Source of the DNA: Eledone cirrhosa
Lineage: Eukaryota
Reading direction: 5' to 3'
NCBI GenBank assembly: GCA_964016885.1
Contig: OZ024764.1
Location: 26,660,001 to 26,724,000, forward strand
Length of the DNA: 64,000 nucleotides
Numbering within the stretch: the first letter of the stretch is position 1; each line of letters opens with the position of its first letter. The notes below the pieces were generated by a model, which ran no database searches, was not told the DNA's origin, and was given only the letters and a program-made list of their open reading frames with translations. Below are positions 1-11,700 of the stretch, in pieces. A program made the position numbers and the translations under genes.

Positions 1-3000
1 CATAACATTACATGTCTGAATTATTAGCCACAGGGGCGGAGACGTCCATAACATTACATGATAGAATTATTAGCCACAGGGGCAGAGATGACCATAACAT
101 TACATGACAATTATTAGCCACAGGGGCAGATATATCAATAACATTACATGATAGAGTTTCATCTCGCGCTCTCTCTCTCTCGTTTCATCTTGCTCTCTCT
201 CTCTCTCGTTTCATCTCTGTCTTCCTCTCTCTCGTTCCATCTCTCTCTTCCTCTCTCTCGTTCCATCTCTCTCATCCTCTCTCTCGTTTCATCTCTATCT
301 CCCTCCTTTCATCTGTCTCTCTCTCTGTCGTTTCATCTCGTGCTCTCTCTCTCTCGTTTCATCTCGCGCCCTCTCTGTCTCGTTTCATCTCGCTCTCTCT
401 CTCTCTCGTTTCATCTCTGTCTTCCTCTCTCTCGTTCCATCTCTCTCTTCCTCTCTCTCTTCCTCTCTCTCGTTTCATCTCTATCTCCCTCGTTTCATCT
501 CTCTCTCGCTCTCTCGTTTCATCTCTCTCTCCCTCTCGTTTCATCTCGCTCTCTACTCTCGTTTGCTCTCTGTCTCGTTCCATCCCGCTCTCTCTCTCTC
601 ACATTACATCTCGCTCTCTCTGTCTCGTTTCATCTCGCTCTCTCTCTCTCTCGTTTCATCTCGATCTCACTCGCTCGTTTCATCTCGCTTCTCTCACTAT
701 TGCGTTTCATCTCGCTCACCCTGTCTCATTTCATCTCGCTCTCTCTCTCTCTCTTCCTCTCTCTCTCTTGTTTCAACACTCTAATCCCTCACTTGTTTTA
801 TCTCTCTCTAATCCCTCCCTTGTTTCATCTCTCTCAGAATTATTAGCCACTGGGGCAGAGATGTCCATAACATTACATGTCAGAGTTATTAGCCACAGGG
901 GCAGAGATGTCCATAACATTACATGACAATTATTAGCCCCAAGGGCAGATATGTGCATAACATTACATGACAGAGTTTCATCTCGCGCTCTCTCTCTCTC
1001 GTTTCATCTCGCGCTCTCTCCCTTCCTCTCTCTCGTTTCATCTCGATCTCTCTCTCTCTCGTTTCACCTCTGTCTTTCATCTCTCTCTTCCTCTCTCTCG
1101 TTCCATCTCTCTCTTCCTCTCTCTCGTTTCATCTCTATCTCCCTCCTTTCATCTGTCTCTCTCTCTGTCGTTTCATCTCGCGCTCTCTCTCTCTCCTTTC
1201 ATCTCGTGCTCTCTCTCTCTCGTTTCATCTCGCTCTCTCTCTCTCTCGTTTCATCTCTGTCTTCCTCTCTCTCGTTCCATCTCTCTCTTCCTCTCTCTCT
1301 TCCTCTCTCTCGTTTCATCTCTATCTCCCTCGTTTCATCTCTCTCTCCCTCTCGTTTCATCTCGCTCTCTCTCTCTCCTGTTTCATCTCGCTCTCTACTC
1401 TCGTTTCCTCTCTCTCGTTTCCTCTCTGTCTCGTTCCATCCCGCTCTCTCTCTCTCTCATTACATCTCGCTCTCTCTGTCTCGTTTCATCTCGCTCTCTG
1501 TCTCTCTCGTTTCATCTCGCTCTCACTCTCTCGTTTCATCTCGCGTTTCATCTCACTCTCCCTGTCTCATTTCATCTCGCTCTCTCTCTCTCTTCCTCTC
1601 TCTCTCTTGTTTCAACACTCTAATCCCTCACTTGTTTTATCTCTCTCTAATCCCTCACTTGTTTCATCTCTCTCAGAATTATTAGCCACAGGGGCAGAGA
1701 TGTCCATAACATTACATGTCAGAATTATTAGCCACAGGGCAGAGATGTCCATAACATTACATGTCAGAATTATTAGCCACAGGGGCAGAGATGTCCATAA
1801 CATTACATGTCAGAATTATTAGCCACAGGGGCGGAGACGTCCATAACATTACATGACAGAATTATTAGCCACAGGGGCAGAGATGACCATAACATTACAT
1901 GACAATTATTAGCCACAGGGGCAGATATATCAATAACATTACATGATAGAGTTTCATCTCGCGCTCTCTCTCTCGTTTCATCTTGCGCTCTCTCTCTCTC
2001 GTTTCATCTTGCTCTCTCTCTCTCTCGTTTCATCTCTGTCTTCCTCTCTCTCGTTCCATCTCTCTATTCCTCTCTCTCGTTCCATCTCTCTCATCCTCTC
2101 TCTCGTTTTATCTGTATCTCCCTCCTTCAATCTGTCTCTCTCTCTGTCATTTCATCTCGTGCTCTCTCTCTCTCGTTTCATCTCGCGCTCTCTCTGTCTC
2201 GTTTCATCTCGCTCTCTCTCTCTCTCTCGTTTCATCTCTGTCTTCCTCTCGCTCGTTCCATCTCTCTCTTCCTCTTTCTCGTTCCATCTCTCTCTTCCTC
2301 TCTCTCGTTTCATCTCTATCTCCCTCGTTTCATCTCTCTCTCGCTCTCTCGTTTCATCTCTCTCTCCCTCTCGTTTCATCTCCCTCTCTACTCTCGTTTC
2401 CTCTCTGTCTCGTTCCATCCCGCTCTCTCTCTCTCTCATTACATCTCGCTCTCTCTGTCTCGTTTCATCTCGCTCTCTCTCGCTCTTGTTTCATCTCGCT
2501 CTCACTCTCTCGTTTCATCTCGCTTCTCTCACTATTGCGTTTCATCTCGCTCTCCCTGTCTCATTTCATCTCGCTCTCTCTCTCTCTCTTCCTCTTGTTT
2601 CAACACTCTAATCCCTCACTTGTTTTATCTCTCTCTAATCCCTCACTTGTTTCATCTCTCTCAGAATTATTAGCCACAGGGGCAGAGATGTCCATAACAT
2701 TACATGTCAGAGTTATTAGCCACAGGGGCAGAGATGTCCATAACATTACATGACAATTATTAGCCCCAAGGGCAGATATGTCCATAACATTACATGACAG
2801 AGTTTCATCTCGCGCTCTCTCTCTCTCGTTTCATCTCGCGCTCTCTCTCTTCCTCTCTCTCGTTTCATCTCGCTCTCTCTCTCTCTCGTTTCACCTCTGT
2901 CTTCCTCTCTCTCGTTCCATCTCACTCTTCCTCTCTCTCATTTCATCTCTCTCTCTCTCGTTTCATCTGTCTCTCTCTCTCTGTCGTTTCATCTCCCTCT

Positions 3001-3838
3001 ATCTCTCTCTCCCTCTCGTTTCATCTCGCTCTCTCTCTCCTGTTTCATCTCGCTCTCTCTCTCTCATTTCATCTCGCTCTCTCTCTCTCATTTCATCTCG
3101 CTCTCTCTCTCTCGTTTCATCTCGCTCTCACTCTCTCGTTTCATCTCGCTCTCACTCTCTCGTTTCATCTCGCTCTCCCTGTCTCGTTTCATCTCGCTCA
3201 CACTCTCTCATTTCATCTCGCTCTCTCTCTCTTCTTTCAACACTCTAATCCCTCACTTGTTTCATCTCTCTCAGAATTATTAGCCACAGGGGCAGAGATG
3301 TCCATAACATTACATGTCAGAATTATTAGCCACAGGGGCAGAGATGTCCATAACATCACATGTCAGAATTATTAGCCACAGGGGCAGAGATGTCCATAAC
3401 ATTACATGTCAGAATTATTAGCCACAGGGGCAGAGATGTCCATAACATTACATGACAGATTTATTAGCCACAGGGGCAGAGATGTCCATAACATTACATG
3501 GCAGATTTATTAGCCACAGGGGCAGAGATGTCCATAACATTACATGTCAGAATTATTAGCCACAGGGGCAGAGATGTCCATAACATTACATGACAGATTT
3601 ATTAGCCACAGGGGCAGAGATGTCCATAACATTACATGACAGATTTATTAGCCACAGGGGCAGAGATGTCTATAACATTACATGACATAATTATTAGCCA
3701 CAGGGGCAGAGATGTCCATAACATTACATGACAGATTTATTAGCCATAGGGGCAGAGATGACCATAACATTACATGACAGAATTATTAGCCACAGGGGCA
3801 GAGATGTCCATAACATTACATGACAGAATTATTAGCCA
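1..3838 (+). repeat. Composite satellite, forward orientation: 46-bp minisatellite runs (AGAATTATTAGCCACAGGGGCAGAGATGTCCATAACATTACATGTC) alternating with 0.5-0.7-kb CT-rich blocks
   Basis: 46-bp period seen directly (TCCATAA at 3301 and 3347). CT blocks at ~154-833, 973-1673, 1949-2661 and 2800-3271 are built from CGTTTCATCT-like words plus (CT)n, and each ends in the cap TTTCAACACTCTAATCCCTCACTTG. Confidence 0.97.
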
Positions 3839-4067
3839 CATGTAATGTTATGGACATCTCTGCCCCTGTGGCTAATAATTCTGTCATGTTATGTTATGGA
3901 CATCTCTGCCCCTGTGGCTAATAATTCTGACATGTAATGTTAGGGACATCTCTGCCCCAGTGGCTCATAATTCTGACATGTAATGTTATGGACATCTCTG
4001 CCCCTGTGGCTAATAATTCTGTCATGTAATGTTATGGACATCTCTGCCCCTGTGGCTAATAATTCTG
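3839..4067 (-). repeat. 46-bp minisatellite, ~5 units in inverted orientation
   Basis: CATGTAATGTTATGGACATCTCTGCCCCTGTGGCTAATAATTCTG is the reverse complement of the preceding array. Confidence 0.97.
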
Positions 4068-5109
4068 TTCAAATCTGACTGACATGCATGGTATATATTT
4101 ATGTTTCATTAGACACCGCCACAATACACAGGAACTTATAAAGATATGTATATATTGTCCAGGAGTTTCGTGTTTAGTGGGAATTGTACAAATCTCAATT
4201 GGAGCTAGTCCCTGCAAGATCAGCATAAATAATGTTATACCTTTTCATGAAATCTTGCACACCCGATATTTTATACATGATTATTTAAAGGTGAACAAAA
4301 ACCGAAGAACATTGAGCAGCATTTCTCAACCTTTCTACCCAATAGTTTTTATGTCTCAAGGAAGCCTTGCATAAAATATACTTTTTCTATCTCTAGAGCA
4401 GTGGTTCCCAAATCGTGTGCTGTGAGATGAAACTAGATGAGCTGCAAAAGACTAAGATTAAGTTTTAAGATGTGAAAAATATAAAACTGAAATTTCATAT
4501 AAAAGTTCAAATATAGCTACAGCCACAAACCTAGGCTCCACACCCCGCAACGCAGAGGAGAGTAAGATAGTACTGAGGCCTGACTCACCTCTTCCGCTCC
4601 ATTGAGACCTCTGCCATACTTGGTCCCCCTACTGCTGATTTCCTCCATAAAGTCGGGAGGAAAGACGGCAGGAGCCTCGTGAGGAGGGGCAACTATTGTA
4701 GCAGGTGTCTCTGGCCTTGTTCCGAGGTAACGCTTTTACGTTTCTTCCACGTGTTGCGGCTGAGGGACCACTTAGACTGGGGTGAAGTGTCTGTCCCTCC
4801 CCCGACTTCTTACTTCCTTTTTTTTCTCCTTTTCAATTTCTTTTCTCTTCTTGCTTATCTCTGCTATACCACGGCATCAAAAAGATATATGATATATGTA
4901 TGTATGGTATAGGTGTATTTATATTTAGGATAGTTATCAAAGGTAAATAGACTGGTTGGAGTAATAACAGTCTTGTTTATGTATATACACACATATATAC
5001 ATATATATATATATATATATATGTTTGTTCTTGTATTTCTATAGAAAAGGTAAAGAAAAGAAGAGTGCTCTATGTATTGTACAGAGCTATTTAATTACAT
5101 AATAAACAA

Positions 5110-7394
5110 CAGAATGGAAAACATTCAGACAGAGAAGAATGGATAATGAGCGTTGTAAGAGAAATTGGCCAACAATTAATATTAATGGAAATGTAGAAGA
5201 ATTTCATATTAGTGATATGAATGTTTCGTGTGATCACTGTGGAGCTTTGAAATTTAGAAATGAAAATTGTAACTGTTGTAATAAAGGAAAGGTTGTGTTG
5301 CCACCATTGCAAATATACCCTGAGAGACTGAGAAATCTCTTTGAAAGAGGCCAGGAAGCAGTTGATTTCACAGAAACATCTGCAATTAAAACTACATTTA
5401 TTTCACTTCATTTGGTGTTACCACCCGGCAGAGGCCCGTATAGCTTTCATATTCAGGGTCAAACATATCAATACACCCCCATCTCTGTAACCTGCAGAAA
5501 ATACACCACAATATGGCCAGTTATATATTATTGATGGGAATGAAAGTGTGTAGCACAGATTGGAAGTACAACCAAATAATTGTTTCTGGCACAAGGCCAG
5601 CAATTACTGGTACTTTATTCTATCGACCTCATAAGGATGAAAACAAAGTCAACCTTAGAGGGATTTGAACCCAGAACGTAAAGGGCCATAACCCTATGCT
5701 GCAAAGCATGGTGTCTGACGCTCTACCGATACTGCCAATCCACCGCCCTAGTACCAACAAATAATGACTGCTCACCACAAAAAATGGCTATGATAAGAGA
5801 GGTGTTGCATGAATGTTATCCATATGTCGAAGTGTACAATACAATGCATGGCATCAAACAGCAAAGTTCTAGAAGAGAAAATTGTCGTGTACAGAACTGT
5901 GAATTAAGATTTAGAAGAGGATCAGATATGAGCTGCTATAATTTACCAACTAGTAATGATAGCTGTTGTTTTGTGGGGGATTGAGGGCACACCACCTGTA
6001 CAAAGAGATATTATCATCTTTCCTAAAGACCATCCTCCTCAGAAAATACCACATAATTCATGCCACTTGGACCTCATGACCGACCGATAATGGTGAATTT
6101 TGGTGGCATAGTGACATGGAGAGGAATGCAGGACCTGTGTTTGCAATAGACTGACAATGCAGGAGTATTACATATACTGTATAGCATATAGAGGAGGATT
6201 TAGTGCGATATATAGGGCAGGTAAATTATTTTAGCAGTATTTAGTGGATGCCTATATGAAAGTAGAGGGATGCAGGCTTCAATATTTGAGGAACAATCAA
6301 GCCCAATTGTGAGTGGATGAGTATAATGGTTTAATGAATTATCTAAACAGATGATAACACTGAGCCTTAAAAAATGAAGACAAGATATGAAACAGAGAAG
6401 ACATTGACAGAATCGTGTCAGCAGAAATACCTGCATTGGAAGATGATCAAGTACTACATGAGCAGGTTTAAAAGTTTATTATCCACAGGCCATGTGGTTC
6501 TGGAAACCCTTTTCCCCCATTTATACAAAATGGATTTTTCCAAAAGAACTATCCAAAAACCTACAGAAGGGAAACATTATTGAACCTAAATGGATACCCA
6601 GAGTACAGGAGGTGCAAGACAGGAACTGCAGTGTAAATTGGATGACATTCAGTAGATAACAGGAATGTTGTGCCACTTAATGCCTTTTTGCTTAAGAAAT
6701 ATTGTGCACATATTAATGTTGAAGTTTGCGCTTCTGTAAAAAGTGTCAAGTACCTCTTTAAATATGTTACATGGGGCATGATTGTACATCTATAGAAGTA
6801 ACGAATAATGCATTACCTAATGAGGCTCAGAACCAACACAACCATGATGAAATAAGAACCTATCTTTGTTGCAGGTATGTGTCTCAGCCAGAAGCAGTGT
6901 TGTGTCTCTCAGAATTTAAGCTTCATGGTACATCACATACAGTATACAGCCTAGCCACACACCTGGAGAACAAACAGAGTTTACTTTCAAAGAGGCAATG
7001 CTTACACCTTCTGGGATGCCGCCTCACTAACTCCAATTAAAAGCAGGATCAATAATAATGCTTCTATGGAATATTTCAATCCAGAACAGATTATTTTATT
7101 GGCACAAGATTAGAAGTAGTGGAACTGCATAAACATTTTATCGAAGCTTCTCATATCTATGGTCCTTTGATGGGCAGGTGTGTTTTGATCCGAAGACTGA
7201 AGTTAGTTCCCAGTGGTGCCAACATCCCTTTTACTTTGGAAAGACCCCAGTTTCCATTAAGACTGTCATATGCCATGACAATCAACAAGAACCATGGTCA
7301 AATACATGATAAAGTGGGTCTGTTCCTCCCTGAGCAAGTATTTAACCCTGGACAATTGTATGTTGCTTTTTCAAGAGTTCACAGACAGATGTAA
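5110..7394 (+). pseudogene. Decayed, internally deleted Helitron RepHel (copy 0)
   Basis: Frame-broken motifs in Helitron order: CDHCGALKF..E..CCNKGKVVLP; QYLVDAY; DIDRIVSAEIP; HRPCG; VDNRNVVP.NAFLLKKYCAHINVEVCASVKSVKYLFKY; DEIRTYL.CRYVS.PEA; Pif1 C-terminus QFPLRLSYAMTINK and QLYVAFSRV. Confidence 0.92.
5588..5748 (-). mobile_element. tRNA-derived SINE with Nin/Deu-like core, inserted in the Helitron ORF
   Basis: Minus strand shows A-box-like TGGCAGTATCGG, B-box GGTTCAAATCC and core TTTCATCCTTATGAGGTCGATAGAATAAAGTACCAG. Flanked by a near-duplicate target AGTACAACCAAATAAT / AGTACCAACAAATAAT. Confidence 0.8.
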
Positions 7395-8134
7395 AAATTA
7401 ATCCTAGCAAACCCCCACCACTCCTACAACTGTTAGCTGTTAGACCACCCCCAGCACCACCCAACCTCCATTCTAGTCCCACCGTTAGAACCAATGCTGC
7501 TTACCCTGCCTCTTTTACTAGTTCACTCCTTCGCTCGAATTTCAAAGCTGGCCCTCTACACTTGGTCGTGCTCTCTGTGTCCGCACTAGCCGGTACCTAA
7601 ACACAATAAAATGTCACCTGTGCTACCAAAACTACCACAGGAACTCTGTCGGCATCAGCAAGGCTCAAGCCGAAAGGCTTCAATACTAGACCTGTAATCA
7701 GGGCCACTTTACCTCCGACGACCAGCTTTCTACCGATTGTGTGTTGATGGAGGGGACATGAGACCAGCAAAGTCCTAGGAGTAGAGACTAGTAAATAATA
7801 AACGGTCCTAGCTATGTTAAGAAGACAAGAGAAATAAATATTTACCTCTTTCATGTAGGTAATATAGCGGTGTTATAAAAGTAATTATACGACCGGTGTA
7901 ACAGTCGGTATAAATGAAAGATGTAGAAATGAAAGTTGCAACAATGACATGAATAAATATACAGTAATTTAATATGAGCAAGAATAAATATTTAATGGAA
8001 TTAATTAAGTGTAATTTAATAAGAAATAAGAAATAAGTAAAACAGTAAAAGAAACAATAACAAACAAAATGGAGTCACATAAAATTTGGTTTATCTTTAT
8101 AAAGCTTATTTTAAACGCGATTTTCCTTTTAAAT

Positions 8135-8430
8135 CCGTAGCTCCGCTTACTAACCTTAGGGCTGTAACGTTACATGGTTCGAATCTTACACTCTTCTCTA
8201 TAGTGCCACACGAGTTATCTCCTAGTCTTTTTATATAGTTTCACTGTTTAGTGAAAGAGGGCGCTACGAACAGTTACTTATGTAGATGGGTGGTTAGCGA
8301 TTCGGCTTACAAACATTAGCATCATGACGTTACATGGGTTCGAACCCTTCCGGCGCCTCAATTTTTCAAATAGAGTTATCACCCATGGTTCTTTAGAGTT
8401 TCATTGCTTACTCGAAAGATGGCGCGGGGA
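8135..8430 (+). repeat. Two diverged tandem ~160-bp tRNA-derived SINE-like units
   Basis: Both have ACGTTACATGG(G)TTCGAA(T/C)C (B-box), followed by GAGTTATC, AGTTTCA(C/T)TG and GAAAGA(G/T)GGCGC. Confidence 0.5.
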
Positions 8431-9169
8431 TCATCTTTTACGATGAGTAGTAAGAGACAATAATACATGGAAGGAGGAGAAATAGAGAGAGATAGAAAGA
8501 CGAATGTGTCACACACTCAATTCTCTCACCCTCTCTTTACTTTTATTACTCTATCTACCTCTACTTTCTCACCCTCTCTTTTCTTCTATTACACTTTCTT
8601 CCTCGTATTTCTCACCCTCTCTTTATTTCTATTACTCTATCTACCTCATATTTCTCACCCTATCTTTACTTCTTTTATTCTTTCTTCTTTGTATTTCTCA
8701 CCCTCTATCTATCTCTTATTTCTCATCTCTCTTTACTTCTGACAGAGTGATAGATGTAAAGAGAAGGTGAGAAATAAGAGGTTGATAGATTTGGCTGTTA
8801 TTTTTAACATTTTCTAATCATATGAGAGAGAGAGAGAGAGTATAAGATATATAGAGAGGGGGAAATCGCCGATGTTTACGTTGAGAAAACCTTATAAAAT
8901 GTTATAAATGGGTTTATAAAGAACAGAATGAGATAAACAAGACAAAGACAGATAAAATAAAATCAGCGATTTATTTATAATATTTTAATATATTTTTCCT
9001 GGTCGTCTGCTTCCATTGATAGAGAGAGGAGTGGTGGGAGGTAGCCATAACAACCGTGGTAGCAACACTGTGGTTTTTAAAGAAGTGAATACAAGAAAAA
9101 CTAAACAAGCAACAAATTTAATTTACTAAAATTAGTTTAAACATCTAAATCTTAAGAATATTAAATCTC

Positions 9170-9385
9170 TTACCCCTTTAGCATTCACATTACTCTATAT
9201 ATACTATTGTATTTTCACAGTAACGGCTTTATCTCACATAATATCGAATCTATGAGATTTCGATATTATTTATTTTCAGAACAATACTTTAACATCAGTA
9301 TGAGTGGTTAATTAGGGCTGGTTTGAACAGAAAGAGGTGAGAGAATTCTGGCCGGTTACAGCTGGTTTTAATGCTAAGGGGTTAA
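9170..9385. mobile_element. MITE with 16-bp imperfect TIRs and TTAA/CCC-type (piggyBac-like) ends
   Basis: Left end TTACCCCTTTAGCATT versus reverse complement of right end TTAACCCCTTAGCATT (14/16). AT-rich non-coding interior. Confidence 0.65.
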
Positions 9386-11630
9386 GCCCTTCAAGATGTG
9401 TATGACGAGAAAGAAGCCGTTTTAGAATCGTATGACATAGATAATAACTGGAATTTCTTATGTGACAACTTACTGCAGGCTGCTGAAGACACTTGTGGCT
9501 GGAGCAGAGCTCCGACCAGACAGAGAGTGACCTGGTGGTGGGACAACACGGTAGATAAGGCCATTAGAGACAAAAGACTAGCATGGAACACTTGGATAAA
9601 TGGTGGGAGTAGAGACCGATGCACAGCCGCTAAGAAAGAAGCTAGACGTCAGGTGTACTTAGCACGCAGGGAGGCTGAGAATAGGAGGGTTGCCAATGTT
9701 CTGTGACGGGAAGATCAAAGACGTGCGGTGTTCCGCATTGCAAGCCAGTGTGTCAGTGTAAATCGGGATGTTGTTGGAGATAAATGTGTCCGGAATGATG
9801 CTGGTGTACTCAGTGTCAATAATGATCAGAAAAAGGAGGCCTGGAAATGCCATTATGAGAGGCTGATGAATGTAGAGAATGAATGGGAGAGAGAGAAACT
9901 ACCCACATTTGACCGAACAGAGGGACCAGCTATTGAGATTGTTGACTATAGGGTCAAAGAGGCAATTAAAGAAAGGAAAAATGGTAAGGCAGCTGGACCA
10001 TCAGGGATAGTTGCTGAGATGCTGAAGGCATGAGGAGAAGTAGGTACTAAACTGGTTGCAAGCATAATCAATCAAGCTATATATGGCGGAGTCATACCCA
10101 AAGACTGGTGCAGCAGTATTCTCATAAATTGCTACAAAGGTAAAGGGGATGCTCTGGAGAGGATCAATTATAGAGGCAGAAAACTGATGGATCAGGTTAT
10201 GAAAGTGGCAGAAAGGATATTAGAGCAACTAATTAGAGAAAGAGTCAAACTAGATGAGATGCAGTTTGGTTTTGTGCCTGGGAAAAGTACAACCGATGCC
10301 CTCTTCTTAGAGAAGAATAAGCCATTATACTTAGCTTTTGTTGACCTAGAGAAAGCCTTTGATAGTGTACCCCAGTCTGTCATCTGGTGATCCCTAAGGA
10401 AACTAGGTGTTGAGGAATGGCTTGTGAGGACAGTACAAGCTTTGTACAGAGGTACTGTCTGTAAAGTGAGGGTAGGAATGGAGTTTAGTGAGGAATTCCA
10501 GATACAAGGAGGAGTCCATCAGAGTTCGGTCCTCAGCCCGCTCTTCTTCATTATAGTCCTCCAAGCCATAACAGAGGAGTTTAAGACTAGCTGCCCATGG
10601 GAACTTCTCTATACTGACAATCTGGTTTTTATAGCAGAATCAGTAGAGGAGCTAGAGAATAAATTCTGGCTATGGAAACAGCAGTTGGAATTAAGAGGAC
10701 TGAGAGTGAACCCAGCTAAAACAAAAGTGTTGATAAGTAGAAAAAAGGACAAAACTCTGATGGCCATGTTCGATATGCAGAAAAGGAACTGGCATACATT
10801 CTATAAAATGTACACAATGCAGATCTTGGGTACACACGAGATGTAGTGGGATAGCAGGCAAACTAACAGGTAGGGAAAACTACGTTTGCAGTAGATGTAC
10901 AGGGAAATTTGACAGTAGAAGTCGCATTGATAGACACATTTTTCAAATGCAAGTTGGTTCTATAAAAGTGGTTGATAGCTTCAGTACCTAGGTGATCAGA
11001 TTAGTATGGGAGGGGGGGGGGGGTGTTCCGAGGCCATAGTATCTAGAATAAGGACGGGCTGGAAGAAGTTTAGGGAGCTGCCTCCTCTGGTGACAAAGAG
11101 GGTTTCTCCCTGCATACAAAAGGTTGGTTGTTTGATGCCTGTGTGAGATGCACAATGTTGCATGGTAGTGAGACATGGGCAGCAACTGCAGAGGATATGC
11201 GAAGGCTGAAGAGAAATGAAGCAAGCATGCTCCATTGGATGTGCAATGTCAATGTGCGTGAAAGACCAAGCATGGACGAGTTGAGAGTGAAACTCTATAA
11301 GAAGGATAAACTGCAGTGTGCGGGAGAAAAGACTGCGTTGGTATGGCCATGCGATGTGTATGCAGGATTACCGCAGGGTGAAGAAGTGCCAAGTAATCCC
11401 AGTGGGAGGAATATGCAGTAGAGGAAGACCAAGGAAGATATGGGCAGAGGTAGTGAGAGCTGACCTCAGATCGTTGAAGCTCAGAGGAGATGATGAAGGA
11501 GAGATGCTGCGCTGAAGAGGATCTGTCCCACCCTTATAAGCAGGGAAAAGTGGATGTATAATGATGATGATATATATATATGTCCCACCCTTGCAAACAG
11601 GGAAAAGCAGACGTAAAATGAAAATGATGA
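9386..11630 (+). mobile_element. Degenerate 5'-truncated RTE-clade LINE (RT pseudogene) with duplicated 3' tail
   Basis: Fragments colinear with the ORF at 14576-17314 (TWWWD, KAAGPSGIVAEMLKA, QFGFVPGKST, AFVDLEKAFD, GVHQSSVLSP, LLYTDNL, LHGSETW, LRWYGH) with many stops and frameshifts. (GAT)n-type tail module occurs twice at ~11524-11630. Confidence 0.93.
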
Positions 11631-11653
11631 TATATATATAGATAGATAGATAG

Positions 11654-11700
<47 letters not shown>

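Noticed and set aside
780-800. CTAATCCCT / AGGGATTAG cap as a telomeric repeat
   Set aside because: Only one or two non-tandem, imperfect copies per block; no (TTAGGG)n run.
148-3375. Long Ser/Leu-rich ORFs (and Arg/Glu-rich antisense ORFs); also 34193-35608 and 51464-63625, up to 471 aa
   Set aside because: Open in several frames at once because the CT-word repeats lack stop codons. No domain or codon structure.
3272-4067. 46-bp repeats resembling a CRISPR array
   Set aside because: Units are contiguous with no unique spacers, there are no cas genes, and the context is eukaryotic.
4679-4912. 77-aa ORF with hydrophobic tail conserved in seven copies
   Set aside because: Conservation reflects recent duplication. 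The tail is a T-rich tract and there is no recognisable domain.
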